Positions 30,609 through 40,559 of a stretch of 64,000 bases of DNA are shown here, piece by piece. The DNA lies in assembly GCA_018652265.1 (NCBI GenBank), contig JABICL010000034.1, positions 31,236-95,235 on the forward strand, written 5' to 3'. A program made the translations under genes and the position numbers. The stretch is from Candidatus Peribacteria bacterium. Its GTDB lineage: Bacteria; Patescibacteriota; Gracilibacteria; Peribacterales; Peribacteraceae. The notes below the pieces were generated by a model, which made no database searches, was not told the DNA's origin, and saw nothing but the letters and a program-made list of their open reading frames with translations. Each line of letters opens with the position of its first letter. The first letter of the stretch is position 1.

Positions 30609-31808
30609 ATGAAAACCATTCTACTCATCTCCCCCTATTGGAAAGAGCCGCATCGTTGGATGGTAAGTTCTGTAAAACTTGCAGAGCTTTGGCAAAGAAT
30701 GGGATATAAAGTAGTTGTTGTATGTATGGGGGCGAAAACAGAGAAAGAAGTAGTCTCGGAAACTCTCACTATTTATAGGGTGTGGGATTTCTTTTTGCCA
30801 GACCCTTTAAACTATGGAATATCTCCAGGATTTTTCTTTAAAGTTTTAAGGGTTTTAAAAAACGAAAAGCCAGACATCGTAATTGTAAATAAGATTCTTT
30901 TCTGGACTTCTTTGATTGTTCCTTGGCTTAGAATTCTTGGAAAAAAGCCAATCGTTACTACGGATGCACTTGTAGGAGTTACCTGGCAGCCTAGAGGAAT
31001 AATTCCAAAAGTCATTATGTCTATTGGAGGATGGACGGCTGGATGGAAAGTAATGCTTTTTGCCAAAAAATTAGTATTTTTTCATCCGCAGCCGGATAAG
31101 ATTTTGAAAATGATGGGGGTTTATGGAAAATCAATTGTGATTCCTACGGGGATAGATAGTCGAGCTTTCCTTAACAAGCTCTCCTCGAGTGAGTCCGCCA
31201 GCGGGCGGACGAATCGAGAGGCGCCTCTCCACTCGTCCGCTAAAGCGGACTCGGTCGAGGAGAGTTACAATATTCATGCGAGGAAAGCTCAAACCGTGAC
31301 TTATGTTGGACGATTAGAATCTGTAAAAGGTGTAGATGATTTTCTCGCAGCGACAGTGCCTCTAAAAAAAGATTATCCAGATCTAAATATTCAAGTTGTT
31401 GGATATTGTAAGCCAGGGAATACGATCGTAAGGCAATATGAAGGTAGCGTGAAATTCACAGGATTGCGTGATGATATTCCAGAGATTCTAAGTAGCTCAG
31501 ATATATTCGTCTTACCAAGTTATAGTGAAGGCCTTAGTAATGCTCTCATGGAAGCTATGTCTTCTAGGTGTGCATGTATTGCTACCGGTGTAGGCGGTAA
31601 TAAATATTTAATAGAAGACTCAGTATCTGGATTACTATTTAAGCCAGGGGATATCGAGGCTCTTAGATCTCATGTAAGAAGCCTGATAGACAATCCTTCA
31701 AGGATAGAGGGATTAGGAAATGCAGCCAGGGCCCGCATAGAGGATATGTTTGACTGGAGCGTAATCGAGAGTAAATATGCTGAACTTTTTAACGAGCGGG
31801 CCAATTAA
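30609..31808 (+). CDS. Glycosyltransferase family 4 with in-frame palindromic insertion
   Basis: IPTGID, YVGRLESVKG, SEGLSNALMEAM. Confidence 0.9.
   Translation: MKTILLISPYWKEPHRWMVSSVKLAELWQRMGYKVVVVCMGAKTEKEVVSETLTIYRVWDFFLPDPLNYGISPGFFFKVLRVLKNEKPDIVIVNKILFWTSLIVPWLRILGKKPIVTTDALVGVTWQPRGIIPKVIMSIGGWTAGWKVMLFAKKLVFFHPQPDKILKMMGVYGKSIVIPTGIDSRAFLNKLSSSESASGRTNREAPLHSSAKADSVEESYNIHARKAQTVTYVGRLESVKGVDDFLAATVPLKKDYPDLNIQVVGYCKPGNTIVRQYEGSVKFTGLRDDIPEILSSSDIFVLPSYSEGLSNALMEAMSSRCACIATGVGGNKYLIEDSVSGLLFKPGDIEALRSHVRSLIDNPSRIEGLGNAARARIEDMFDWSVIESKYAELFNERAN
31162..31290 (+). repeat. In-frame palindromic element (family A), 129 bp
   Basis: GAGCTTTCCT...AGGAAAGCTC termini; encodes AFLNKLSSSESASGRTNREAPLHSSAKADSVEESYNIHARKA. 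Confidence 0.9.
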
Positions 31809-31882
31809 CAATGTACAATGAAAAATGAATAATAAAGGAAATCTTCCATAATTATTCATTGTTAATTATTAATTATTCATTA
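31802..31882 (+). repeat. 81-bp 5x7/core/5x7 cassette
   Basis: caattaa caatgta caatgaa aaatgaa taataaa GGAAATCTTCC ataatta ttcattg ttaatta ttaatta ttcatta. Confidence 0.85.
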
Positions 31883-31893
31883 ATACTTTCTCT

Positions 31894-32835
31894 ATGATGA
31901 CATCTATAGTTACTGGCGGAGCAGGATTCATAGGTTCACATCTATGTGAAGTACTTCTTGAAAGGGGAGAGAGGGTTATCTGCATCGATAATTTTTTCAC
32001 TGGAAATAAGAAGAACGTAGAGCATCTAATGGATAATGAAAAATTTACTTTAATTGATCATGATATTGTTGATCCATTATCAACGGTGGAATGCCCACTT
32101 GCTGCTGACATAATTTACAATCTTGCATGTCCAGCTTCCCCTGTTCACTATCAGCATGATCCAGTAAAAACTGTTCAAACAAATGTGGTAGGAACTACAA
32201 ATATGTTGGAGCTAGCAAAAGCTAGAGGAGCAATTTTTCTACAAGCCTCGACTTCCGAAGTATATGGAGATCCAGAAGTACATCCACAGCCAGAAAGTTA
32301 TGTGGGGCATGTAAATCCACTAGGGCCTCGGGCTTGTTATGACGAAGGAAAGAGATGCGCAGAGACTTTATGTTCTGACTATCATCGTGAATATGGATTG
32401 ACGACTAAGATTGCACGTATTTTTAATACGTATGGTCCACGTATGGCAGAAAATGATGGAAGAGTAGTTTCTAATTTTATTTTGCAAGCACTTCGAAATG
32501 AACCAATAACAATATATGGGGATGGATCACAAACTCGTAGCTTTCAATTTGTAAATGATCTAGTTCGAGGACTTCTTCTACTTGCTGATCACAAAGATTT
32601 TCATGGTCCTGTAAATATAGGTACTCAGTTTGAGATGACTGTGAAAGCGCTTGCTGAAATGATTATTAAAATGACTGGATCGAAAAGCGAAATAATATAT
32701 GGCCCGTTGCCTGAAAATGATCCTAAACAAAGAAGGCCAGATTCTTCACTTGCAAAAGAGAAATTGGGCTGGGAAGAAGAGATTTCAGTTGAAGATGGAT
32801 TGAAGCAGGCTATTGAATATTTTAAAAGCTTATAG
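31894..32835 (+). CDS. UDP-glucuronate decarboxylase (UDP-xylose synthase)
   Basis: GGAGFIGSH, LACPASPVHYQ, STSEVYGDP, YDEGKR, RIFNTYGPRM. Confidence 0.92.
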   Translation: MMTSIVTGGAGFIGSHLCEVLLERGERVICIDNFFTGNKKNVEHLMDNEKFTLIDHDIVDPLSTVECPLAADIIYNLACPASPVHYQHDPVKTVQTNVVGTTNMLELAKARGAIFLQASTSEVYGDPEVHPQPESYVGHVNPLGPRACYDEGKRCAETLCSDYHREYGLTTKIARIFNTYGPRMAENDGRVVSNFILQALRNEPITIYGDGSQTRSFQFVNDLVRGLLLLADHKDFHGPVNIGTQFEMTVKALAEMIIKMTGSKSEIIYGPLPENDPKQRRPDSSLAKEKLGWEEEISVEDGLKQAIEYFKSL

Positions 32836-32842
32836 CGACGAG

Positions 32843-32923
32843 AAATGAACAATGAATAATTAACAATGAATAATAAAGGAAATCTTCCATAATTGTTAAT
32901 TGTACATTGTTCATTGTTAATTA
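32843..32923 (+). repeat. 81-bp 5x7/core/5x7 cassette
   Basis: aaatgaa caatgaa taattaa caatgaa taataaa GGAAATCTTCC ataattg ttaattg tacattg ttcattg ttaatta. Confidence 0.85.
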
Positions 32924-32976
32924 GCATGTTCCACTAATGAACACTCAATGAGTTGTTTTGCTGTAATATATCAATC

Positions 32977-34017
32977 ATGAAGAAGGTAGTGATCTTGTCG
33001 GCATTTCTCTCTCCTTACAGAAGTGGAGCAGAAGCATGCGTAGAAGAGGTGGCTATAAAACTGTCTAAATATTTCGATGTAACTATAGTTACTAGTAAGA
33101 AGTTTTCTGGAGAAGATAAAAAACTTAGAGGTATTGTTTCTATAAAGAGAGTTGGCTTGGGATTATCTATAGATAAATGGCTATTTCCCATATTTGCTCC
33201 ATTTGCAGTAAGAAAATTACGACCAGATATCACGCATGCGATACTTGAGACTTTTGCGGGACTTACTCTTCACTTTTGTAAGTATGCCGATAAAGAAACC
33301 AAGAGAATTTTAACTCTGCAAACTACGAATAGAAGTTTTCTAAAAGGCATGATAATCAGGTCTGCAGATAAAGTTACTGCAATAAGTAAAGCATTGGTGA
33401 AAATTGCAGGGGAGTTAGGTAGAAATGATGTTGTTTTGATTCCGAATGGTGTGAATATATCTCAGTTATGTAATTCTGTTTCGAAGACTGATGGAAGTAT
33501 CCTATTCGTTGGAAGATTAGAAAAAATGAAAGGAATAGATATCTTGATGCAAGCCTTCAAAAAAGTTTCAGAGAAAAATAGTGAAGCAAAATTGCGGATA
33601 GTGGGGGATGGATCACAGAGAAAGACTCTGAAGAGTCTGGCTTATGAGTTGGGAATAAAAGACAAAGTAACTTTTACGGGGAAATTATCTCCAAATGAGG
33701 TTTACGAAGAATATGGTCACGCACAAATCTTTTGTGGACTCTCTAGATCTGAGGCTTTTGGAAATGTATTTATAGAAGCTCAAGCTGCAGGATGTGCTGT
33801 TGTAGGAACTAGCATCGGAGGAATCCCAGATACTGTAGAACAAGGTGTTACAGGACTTCTGGTAAAACCAGATGACGTCGATGGTGCAGTAGAAGCTCTG
33901 GAAAGGCTACTTAGCGATGCAGATCTAAGGAATAAATTAAGTGAAAATGGGAGAAAAAATGCAGAGAAATATGACTGGGCAAATATTGCACAGCAATATG
34001 CGGAGTTATATAGTTAG
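32977..34017 (+). CDS. Glycosyltransferase family 4 (insertion-free linker)
   Basis: SGAE, IPNGVN, FVGRLEKMKG, EAFGNVFIEA. Confidence 0.9.
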   Translation: MKKVVILSAFLSPYRSGAEACVEEVAIKLSKYFDVTIVTSKKFSGEDKKLRGIVSIKRVGLGLSIDKWLFPIFAPFAVRKLRPDITHAILETFAGLTLHFCKYADKETKRILTLQTTNRSFLKGMIIRSADKVTAISKALVKIAGELGRNDVVLIPNGVNISQLCNSVSKTDGSILFVGRLEKMKGIDILMQAFKKVSEKNSEAKLRIVGDGSQRKTLKSLAYELGIKDKVTFTGKLSPNEVYEEYGHAQIFCGLSRSEAFGNVFIEAQAAGCAVVGTSIGGIPDTVEQGVTGLLVKPDDVDGAVEALERLLSDADLRNKLSENGRKNAEKYDWANIAQQYAELYS

Positions 34018-34022
34018 CGCAA

Positions 34023-34235
34023 ATGTCTGAGACTGGTTTTGGTCCTGAAAGTTGGTCATCCGAAGAAAGGAGAGATTCATTTGAGCCTCTAATAAGTGGT
34101 AAGTCTAGATCAAAATTTTTTCCTGTTTCTAGACAACCTGCTCCAGGTTCAACGGTTCCATCTTTTTTTGATGAGTGTACAGCTCTTAATGAGAAAGATT
34201 GGCCAAAAGAAGATAATGAAAGTGAGCCAAGGTAA
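34023..34235 (+). CDS. Small hypothetical protein
   Basis: 70-aa ORF filling the gap exactly. Confidence 0.4.
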   Translation: MSETGFGPESWSSEERRDSFEPLISGKSRSKFFPVSRQPAPGSTVPSFFDECTALNEKDWPKEDNESEPR

Positions 34236-34239
34236 TAAA

Positions 34240-34965
34240 TTAAATATTTTTCACAATCTCTTCAGCCCTCTCAAGAGCCTCAAAAGTCCCTGCGTCTATC
34301 CAGTCCTTTTCGATAACAGTAGCAGTTAATTCGTTGCGATCTAGATATGCCTTGCTTACATCTGTAATTTCTAATTCTCCACGATCAGATGGATTAAGAG
34401 TTTTTATAATCTCAAAACAATCTCCTGCAAACAGATAACATCCAGTCACTGCTAAATTAGACTTCGGGGTTTCAGGTTTCTCTTCAAGCGATATCACTTC
34501 ACTGATCGCGGATCGCGGATCGCGGATCGCGGTTTCTGCTACTCCAAATCTCTCTGGATCATCTACTTCTTTTAGAAATAGATGTCCTCCATTTCCTTCG
34601 AAAGCTTTTATATCTTCAGATAAATTGTTTGCGAAAATATTATCGCCAAGCATGGCACACACAGGCTCTTCGTCTGCAAAAGATTCTGCAAGTGCCAGAG
34701 CATGAGCTATTCCTTTTGGCTCATCCTGAATTCTGTATGTGAAATCACAACCAAACTTTGCTCCAGATCCCAAAAATTGCATAAAGTCTCCTGCGAATGT
34801 GGGGCCTGTAATTAGCATAATATCTGTGATTCCTGCATCTAGTAGAACTTTGAGTGGATAGTGAATAAGTGGCTTGCCACCGACCTTTAGTAGACTCTTG
34901 TGAGTAGTGTCTGTAAGAGGCTTGAGCCTAGTTCCCGATCCGCCGCAGATAAGAATTCCTTTCAT
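34240..34965 (-). CDS. rmlA: Glucose-1-phosphate thymidylyltransferase-like sugar nucleotidyltransferase
   Basis: MKGILICGGSGTRLKP, LGDN, EEKP, RGELEITD, WIDAGT; the extension to 35097 in the ORF track is repeat-derived. Confidence 0.85.
   Translation of the reverse strand: MKGILICGGSGTRLKPLTDTTHKSLLKVGGKPLIHYPLKVLLDAGITDIMLITGPTFAGDFMQFLGSGAKFGCDFTYRIQDEPKGIAHALALAESFADEEPVCAMLGDNIFANNLSEDIKAFEGNGGHLFLKEVDDPERFGVAETAIRDPRSAISEVISLEEKPETPKSNLAVTGCYLFAGDCFEIIKTLNPSDRGELEITDVSKAYLDRNELTATVIEKDWIDAGTFEALERAEEIVKNI
34504..34531. repeat. In-frame (GATCGCG)x4
   Basis: Encodes AIRDPRSAI in the hairpin turn between FGVAE and VISLEEKP. Confidence 0.9.
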
Positions 34966-35015
34966 AGTGTCGACATTATAACACTCCGCTCGCGTGCTTA
35001 AGGTGGTATTTCGCT

Positions 35016-35122
35016 TAGGTGGGAGCCAAGTCGCTCTCCTCGAGTGAGTTGTGCTGCCTCTCGACGTCCGCCTGTGGCGGACGCTCGAGGAAAGCACAAC
35101 GAATCGAGAGGTGTCGAAGCAT
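35016..35122 (+). repeat. Intergenic compound A-in-B element (5'-truncated relative of 42210)
   Basis: TAGGTGGGAGCC-AAGTC-GCTCTCCTCGAGTGAGTTGTGCTGCCTCTCGA...GAATCGAGAG-GTGTCGAAGCAT. Confidence 0.85.
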
Positions 35123-35182
35123 CACTAGAAAATCAGAAATAATATGATGTTTTTTTAGGAAAAAGCACCTATTCTAATAATC

Positions 35183-36136
35183 ATGAATCTCCTAGTAACA
35201 GGTGCTGCAGGCTTCATAGGTTCTCACTTTGTTCTCAGGCACATTGAGAATTTTTCGGACGATAAAATCGTTGTCTTAGACAAGCTTACATATGCAGCGG
35301 ATAAGAGATTTCTAGATCCTGTTTTGGATAAGATAAAATTTGTAGAGGGGGATATAGCAGATAAAAACCTTGTGACTGAAATTGTCAAAGAAAATGGCAT
35401 AGATACAATCATAAACTTTGCAGCAGAGTCTCATGTAGACAGAAGTATTTCTGATGCTTCTCCTTTTATACATACAAATGTAATTGGCACACAAAATCTT
35501 GCAGAGGTTTGTAGAGATAATGATGTTTTCCTTTTTCATATATCTACAGATGAAGTCTATGGAGACTTGTCTGATGATGAGCCTCCTAAAAAAATAGATG
35601 ATTTACTGCGTCCAAGCTCTCCATATGCAGCAAGCAAAGCAGCAGCAGAAATGATGGTAAGTGCAGCAGTAAGGACTTATGGAATAAAGGCTTGTATTTC
35701 GCGTTGTACAAATAACTTTGGTCCACATCAGGCAGAGGAAAAATTTATTCCTACAGTTATACGGCATGCACTCAAGGACGAACCTGTTCCTATATATGCT
35801 GAAGGTAAAAATAAAAGAGATTGGCTATATGTAACAGATCATACGGATGCGATAGAGATTATTTTAAAAAGCCAGCTTTCAAATTCATCAGAATCCAGTG
35901 TAAATATTTTTAATATCTCTGCAGATGATGAAAAAGAAAACATAGAAGTAGCAAAAGCTATTTTAGATATTCTGGGTAAACCTCATTCTTTGCTTGAGTT
36001 TGTTGAGGATCGTCCGGGGCATGATTGGAGGTATGCAATAGATTCCTCTGAAACTAAAAAACTCGGATGGAGTCCGAGGGTTTCATTTGAGGAAGGGCTT
36101 GAGGATACTGTGGAGTGGTATGTTAAAAGGCTATAA
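35183..36136 (+). CDS. rmlB: dTDP-glucose 4,6-dehydratase
   Basis: DKLTYA, AAESHVDRSI, STDEVYG, YAASK, DRPGHD. Confidence 0.93.
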   Translation: MNLLVTGAAGFIGSHFVLRHIENFSDDKIVVLDKLTYAADKRFLDPVLDKIKFVEGDIADKNLVTEIVKENGIDTIINFAAESHVDRSISDASPFIHTNVIGTQNLAEVCRDNDVFLFHISTDEVYGDLSDDEPPKKIDDLLRPSSPYAASKAAAEMMVSAAVRTYGIKACISRCTNNFGPHQAEEKFIPTVIRHALKDEPVPIYAEGKNKRDWLYVTDHTDAIEIILKSQLSNSSESSVNIFNISADDEKENIEVAKAILDILGKPHSLLEFVEDRPGHDWRYAIDSSETKKLGWSPRVSFEEGLEDTVEWYVKRL

Positions 36137-36147
36137 TATAAGCAGTT

Positions 36148-37287
36148 ATGAAAATAGTTCTTGCTACAGGTATTTACCCTCCAGATATTGGAGGACCGGC
36201 TACTTATTCTCATCAGCTTGCATCTGAGCTGCAAAAGCGAGGTGAAGATGTGACTGTAATTACTTATGGAGAAGTGGATATAGAACAGAGAAAAGTAATT
36301 GATAATGAAAATTGGATAGTTGAGTGTGTTCCAAGGTTTGGTGGACCTATTACAAGATGGCTTCGTTATGCAGCCGTTCTTAAAAAATGTGCGAATGATG
36401 CAGATTTTGTAATCGCATTCTCTTCTGTTAGTTGCGGAGTTCCTCTAAAGCTTGCGAGGCTAAAGAAGCCAAAGAAAATCCTCAGACTTGGTGGAGATTT
36501 CTTCTGGGAGAGGTATACAGATAATGGGGGAGAGTGTGGATTAAGAATTTGGTACGATAAAAAATTCAAATCATTAAAATACTTTTTGATTCGAGCTTTT
36601 TACAAGTCTGTACTTAAAGCTTTTAATCATATTATTTTTTCTACTAGATTTCAGGAAGAGATTTATGAAAATAATTTTAAATACTTGCCATCACATTCTG
36701 TAATAGAGAATGCATTGCCAAGTGGAGCATTAGAACTTCACAAAAAGCATGATCCATTTCGAATATTATTCATGGGAAGATTGGTTGGGTTTAAAAATCT
36801 GCCTGAGTTACTTGCTGCAGCTTCTATTCTTCGTGCAAGCGGTAGAGATATAGAGTTGTTATTTGTAGGGGATGGTCCTATGAAAAAAGAACTACAGTGT
36901 GTGTCTATAGAACAAAATGTAGAAGATATAACAGAATTCAAATTCCCTGTTCATGGAGAGGATAAGAAGAAAACTTTTGTAGAGGCAGATCTTTTGGTAA
37001 TTCCTTCTATAACAGAAATAAGTCCAAATGTAGCTTTGGAAGCTCGTGCCGCAGGTCTTCCTGTTTTGCTTTCAAAAGAAACAGGGCTTAGTGATTCTCT
37101 TACAGAAGGTATGGTTATTTCGGATTTGATATATGCAGAGACAATCTCTCATGAAATAGAAAAAATAATTGATAATTATGATCAAATTGCATCTGATTCA
37201 TCAAAAGATACCTCTGACAGAGGGTGGGATCGTGTTGCAGAAGATTGGTTAAAATTGTGTAGCAAGGAGTACAATTCAACATTATGA
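36148..37287 (+). CDS. Glycosyltransferase family 4
   Basis: YPPDIGGPATY, FMGRLVGFKN, EISPNVALEA. Confidence 0.88.
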   Translation: MKIVLATGIYPPDIGGPATYSHQLASELQKRGEDVTVITYGEVDIEQRKVIDNENWIVECVPRFGGPITRWLRYAAVLKKCANDADFVIAFSSVSCGVPLKLARLKKPKKILRLGGDFFWERYTDNGGECGLRIWYDKKFKSLKYFLIRAFYKSVLKAFNHIIFSTRFQEEIYENNFKYLPSHSVIENALPSGALELHKKHDPFRILFMGRLVGFKNLPELLAAASILRASGRDIELLFVGDGPMKKELQCVSIEQNVEDITEFKFPVHGEDKKKTFVEADLLVIPSITEISPNVALEARAAGLPVLLSKETGLSDSLTEGMVISDLIYAETISHEIEKIIDNYDQIASDSSKDTSDRGWDRVAEDWLKLCSKEYNSTL

Positions 37288-38387
37288 ATATATTAATGAT
37301 CTCAGGCGATCGCTCTGTAGTAGAAGGAAAGAAAAGTGCCTTCTGGTATATGCTTGAAGAATTTAGTAAGCATTGGGGAAGAATCGATATTATTTGTCCT
37401 AGGGCAAATGTCCAAGGTGATGGCATTAGAAATGTTTTTGGCAATGTTTATTTTCATCCATCTTCAAAAGGCTTACTTCGTCAGCCGGCTTGGATAGTAA
37501 AGAAGGGCAGAGAATTAATAGAAGAGCATGGACATTCAGTTATGTCGGTTCATGATTACCCTCCTTTTTATAATGGAATAGGGTCTGAATGGTTATCTAG
37601 AAAGATGAAAGTTCCATACATTCTGGAGGTTCATCATATTGTGGGTTATCCACGTCCTGCATCTTTTGTGGAATGGATAGGAAGAATTATGTCTCACCTA
37701 TTTCTTGCTCATGATACATATGGAGCAAAAGCAGTTAGGTGTGTAAGTCAGGGGACCGCAAAAGTTCTTCGTAAATGGGGGTCCGATCCAGATAGTGTGT
37801 TCATAATTCCATCTTTTTATTTAGATAAAGATCTACTTAGACCTAGGCCTTGTGTCAAAGATTATGATTTAGTTTGTTGTGGAAGGTTGGTATCAAACAA
37901 AGGTATAAACGAAATTATAGAAGCAATTTCCATGACTCATGAAGCTAAATTATTAATAATTGGAGATGGTCCACTTAGATCTTCTTTAGAGAAAAAAGCT
38001 GAAGATTTAAAGATTTCAGATCGTGTTAAATTTTCTGGATGGCTTCCAGAAAATGAGGATGTATATAAAGCAATACAGTCTGCAAAAGCTTTTGTGATGA
38101 ATTCAAAAAGTGAAGGAGGACCTAGAGTGGCACTTGAAGCTATGGCACTTGGCATGCCAATAATAACTACCAAGGTGGGAGTGATGCCAGACATAGTTCG
38201 AGATGAAGAAAATGGATTATTTACAACTGGAAGCGCAAAAGATCTTGCAGACAAAATAAATAAGTTGCTCGATTATCCAACTTTGCGAGAGAGGGTAGGA
38301 CAGGAGGCAAAAGGGGTTTTAGACAAATTTGAGAAAGAAAGCCTTATTCGTGAGTATGCGGAGTTTCTGCAAAGTATGGCTAAATAA
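37284..38387 (+). CDS. Glycosyltransferase family 4
   Basis: CGRLVSNKG, EGGPRVALEAM. Confidence 0.88.
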   Translation: MNILMISGDRSVVEGKKSAFWYMLEEFSKHWGRIDIICPRANVQGDGIRNVFGNVYFHPSSKGLLRQPAWIVKKGRELIEEHGHSVMSVHDYPPFYNGIGSEWLSRKMKVPYILEVHHIVGYPRPASFVEWIGRIMSHLFLAHDTYGAKAVRCVSQGTAKVLRKWGSDPDSVFIIPSFYLDKDLLRPRPCVKDYDLVCCGRLVSNKGINEIIEAISMTHEAKLLIIGDGPLRSSLEKKAEDLKISDRVKFSGWLPENEDVYKAIQSAKAFVMNSKSEGGPRVALEAMALGMPIITTKVGVMPDIVRDEENGLFTTGSAKDLADKINKLLDYPTLRERVGQEAKGVLDKFEKESLIREYAEFLQSMAK

Positions 38388-38401
38388 AGTATCCTTACAA
38401 A

Positions 38402-39454
38402 GTGACATTACTGTTCATAACACAGAAATTACATCAGCAGGATGCTTTCGTATCTCTGTGGGTTCGTGCATTTATGAGGCGCGGATATACGGTAAAAGTT
38501 TTGTGTTTAGAAAACAAATTAGATGTCACTTCACGTAAAGATGCTTCGCATCCACGTGACATGGATTTCGAAATATATTCGATGGGCAAAGAAAAGGGTT
38601 ATGGAAGAATTCGTCAAATATTAAGATTTTTGAAATTTATTTGGTCTTTGAAATATAATTCAGTATTTGTGCATATGGCTCCAATATATGGCGCACTTGG
38701 ATCTTGGTTTTGGATTATAAAAAGAATTCCTGTGTATCTTTGGTATACACACTACAAAAGAAGTTTCTCTATGAGAATTGTAGAGAGGTTCGTAAAAAGA
38801 ATTTTCTGTGCAACTTCTCAGAGTGTTCCATGGCTAGAGAGCGGACCGCGGACCGCGGACCGCGGACCGCAACTTCCAATATATAAAAAGGTAGTTGTTG
38901 GTCATGGTATTGATCTAAGTTTCTGGAAAAAGAAAGAAAACATCACGTCTAATCCAAGGGAATTGCTCGTTGTGCATAGATTATCCAGATCTAAGCGTCT
39001 AGAAATAAACATTAGAGCAGTAAAACTTCTTCCAGAGGATTACACTATGGTGATCTACGGCATAGAAGCCGAAAAAGATTATGTTTCTGAGCTTAAGCAG
39101 CTGGTTAAAGACCTAGGTCTAGAATCTAGAGTTAAATTTGTGGGTACTACACCTATGAATACTCTTCCTGAGATATATAGTTCGCATAAATTAATTTTAA
39201 ACATGGCATCGGAAACGATAGATAAGACAATGCTCGAATCTATGACATGTGGGTGTTATCCAGTAACAACACATGCGAATTCGGAGGCTATTGGTATATC
39301 CGAATCTCCAGGATCAGATACTCCAGAGGCAGTTTCTAAGTTTGTGCAGGAATTTCAGGGGGTGGATGCAGATGAGTTGTATAGAGTTGTGGCAGAGAAT
39401 CACGGTTTGGAGGGGTTAATCGAAAAGATGGATAAATACATTAAGCCAATTTAG
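38402..39454 (+). CDS. Glycosyltransferase family 4 with two in-frame repeat insertions
   Basis: GHGID, HRLSRSK, DKTMLESM. Confidence 0.85.
   Translation: MTLLFITQKLHQQDAFVSLWVRAFMRRGYTVKVLCLENKLDVTSRKDASHPRDMDFEIYSMGKEKGYGRIRQILRFLKFIWSLKYNSVFVHMAPIYGALGSWFWIIKRIPVYLWYTHYKRSFSMRIVERFVKRIFCATSQSVPWLESGPRTADRGPQLPIYKKVVVGHGIDLSFWKKKENITSNPRELLVVHRLSRSKRLEINIRAVKLLPEDYTMVIYGIEAEKDYVSELKQLVKDLGLESRVKFVGTTPMNTLPEIYSSHKLILNMASETIDKTMLESMTCGCYPVTTHANSEAIGISESPGSDTPEAVSKFVQEFQGVDADELYRVVAENHGLEGLIEKMDKYIKPI
38523..38562. repeat. In-frame palindrome ATGTCAC...GATGC-TTC-GCATC...GTGACAT
   Basis: Encodes DVTSRKDASHPRDM; GCGAAGC mini-hairpin on the - strand. Confidence 0.6.
38841..38870. repeat. In-frame (GCGGACC)x4
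   Basis: Encodes SGPRTADRGPQ. Confidence 0.9.
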
Positions 39455-39485
39455 TATTTGTAGTTACAATAGTGTCGAATTAAGA

Positions 39486-40559
39486 ATGTTTATTCCAATT
39501 GCTAAGCCTATTATCGGCGATCTAGAAAAGAAATATGTTCTCGAAGTTATGGAGTCGGGAATAATTGCACAGGGCCCTGTTACTAGAAAGCTCGAAGAGA
39601 AGTTCGAGGAAGCTTGTGAGGTAAAACATGCAATTGCAGTTTCATCTGGTACTACTGCATTAATTGCGGCACTACTTGCGCATGACATAGGTCCCGGAGA
39701 TGAAGTCATAACAACTCCATTTAGTTTTATGGCGACTGCAACATCTATAATATTTACAGGTGCCACACCTGTTTTTATAGATATAGAGGAAGATACATAC
39801 AACATAGATGCATCATTAATAGAAGCTGCAATTACAGAGAAGACAAAAGCAATTCTGCCAGTGCATTTATACGGACATCCATGTGATATGGATGCGATTA
39901 TGGATATAGCAGAAAAAAATAATTTAGTTGTGATAGAAGATTCGGCACAAGCCCTGAGTGCCAGATACAAAAATCGTCCAGCAGGTAGTTTTGGTACTGG
40001 ATGCTTCAGTTTGTATGCGACAAAGAATATAACAAGTGGAGAAGGGGGGATGATTACTACAAATTCAGATTCAGTTGCAGACAAATGCAGGCTGATCCGA
40101 AATCATGGCATGAAAGAACGTAATAAGCATGAAATGATTGGTTATAATTTTCGTACTAGCGATATGTGTGCAGCTATTGGTGTTGCTCAAATGGAAAAGA
40201 GAAATGATTTTCAGGAAAAGAGAACAAATAATGCAAAGTACTTATCGGAAAATTTAAAAGGAGTTGAGATTCCAATTACTCGTTCAGAATGTGTACACGC
40301 ATGGCATCAGTACACAATTAGAATTAGTGGAGATCAAAATGATGCAATAGAGAAACTTAAATCAGATGAGGTGGGAGCAGCGGTCTTCTATCCAAAACCT
40401 ATGTATGATCATCCTTGTATCCAAGAGAAGTTATCAGCGGAATATAGCCTTTCTGTTGCAGAAAAGGCCTGTAGAGAAGTATTGCAAATTCCGGTGCATC
40501 CTTTGTTGAATGAAAGCGATCTAGAACGTATAGTTTCTGCTGTATGCAAACTAAATTAA
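39486..40559 (+). CDS. DegT/DnrJ/EryC1/StrS aminotransferase (WbpE-like)
   Basis: SSGTTAL, VHLYG, EDSAQ, SLYATKNITSGEGGM. Confidence 0.9.
   Translation: MFIPIAKPIIGDLEKKYVLEVMESGIIAQGPVTRKLEEKFEEACEVKHAIAVSSGTTALIAALLAHDIGPGDEVITTPFSFMATATSIIFTGATPVFIDIEEDTYNIDASLIEAAITEKTKAILPVHLYGHPCDMDAIMDIAEKNNLVVIEDSAQALSARYKNRPAGSFGTGCFSLYATKNITSGEGGMITTNSDSVADKCRLIRNHGMKERNKHEMIGYNFRTSDMCAAIGVAQMEKRNDFQEKRTNNAKYLSENLKGVEIPITRSECVHAWHQYTIRISGDQNDAIEKLKSDEVGAAVFYPKPMYDHPCIQEKLSAEYSLSVAEKACREVLQIPVHPLLNESDLERIVSAVCKLN

Noticed and set aside
32070-32105. Possible further small in-frame inserts (UXS LSTVECPLA; also rmlB SQLSNSSESS and GT4 CSRCNIQKQTSGQQ)
   Set aside because: No clear periodicity or family match by eye; would need homologue alignment.
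34966-35097. 44-aa N-terminal extension of rmlA in the ORF track
   Set aside because: Runs through the repeat; homology starts at MKGIL, which has its own TATAAT.
39464-40084. 206-aa antisense ORF and other shadow ORFs
   Set aside because: Antisense to well-supported genes; a typical codon-bias artefact.
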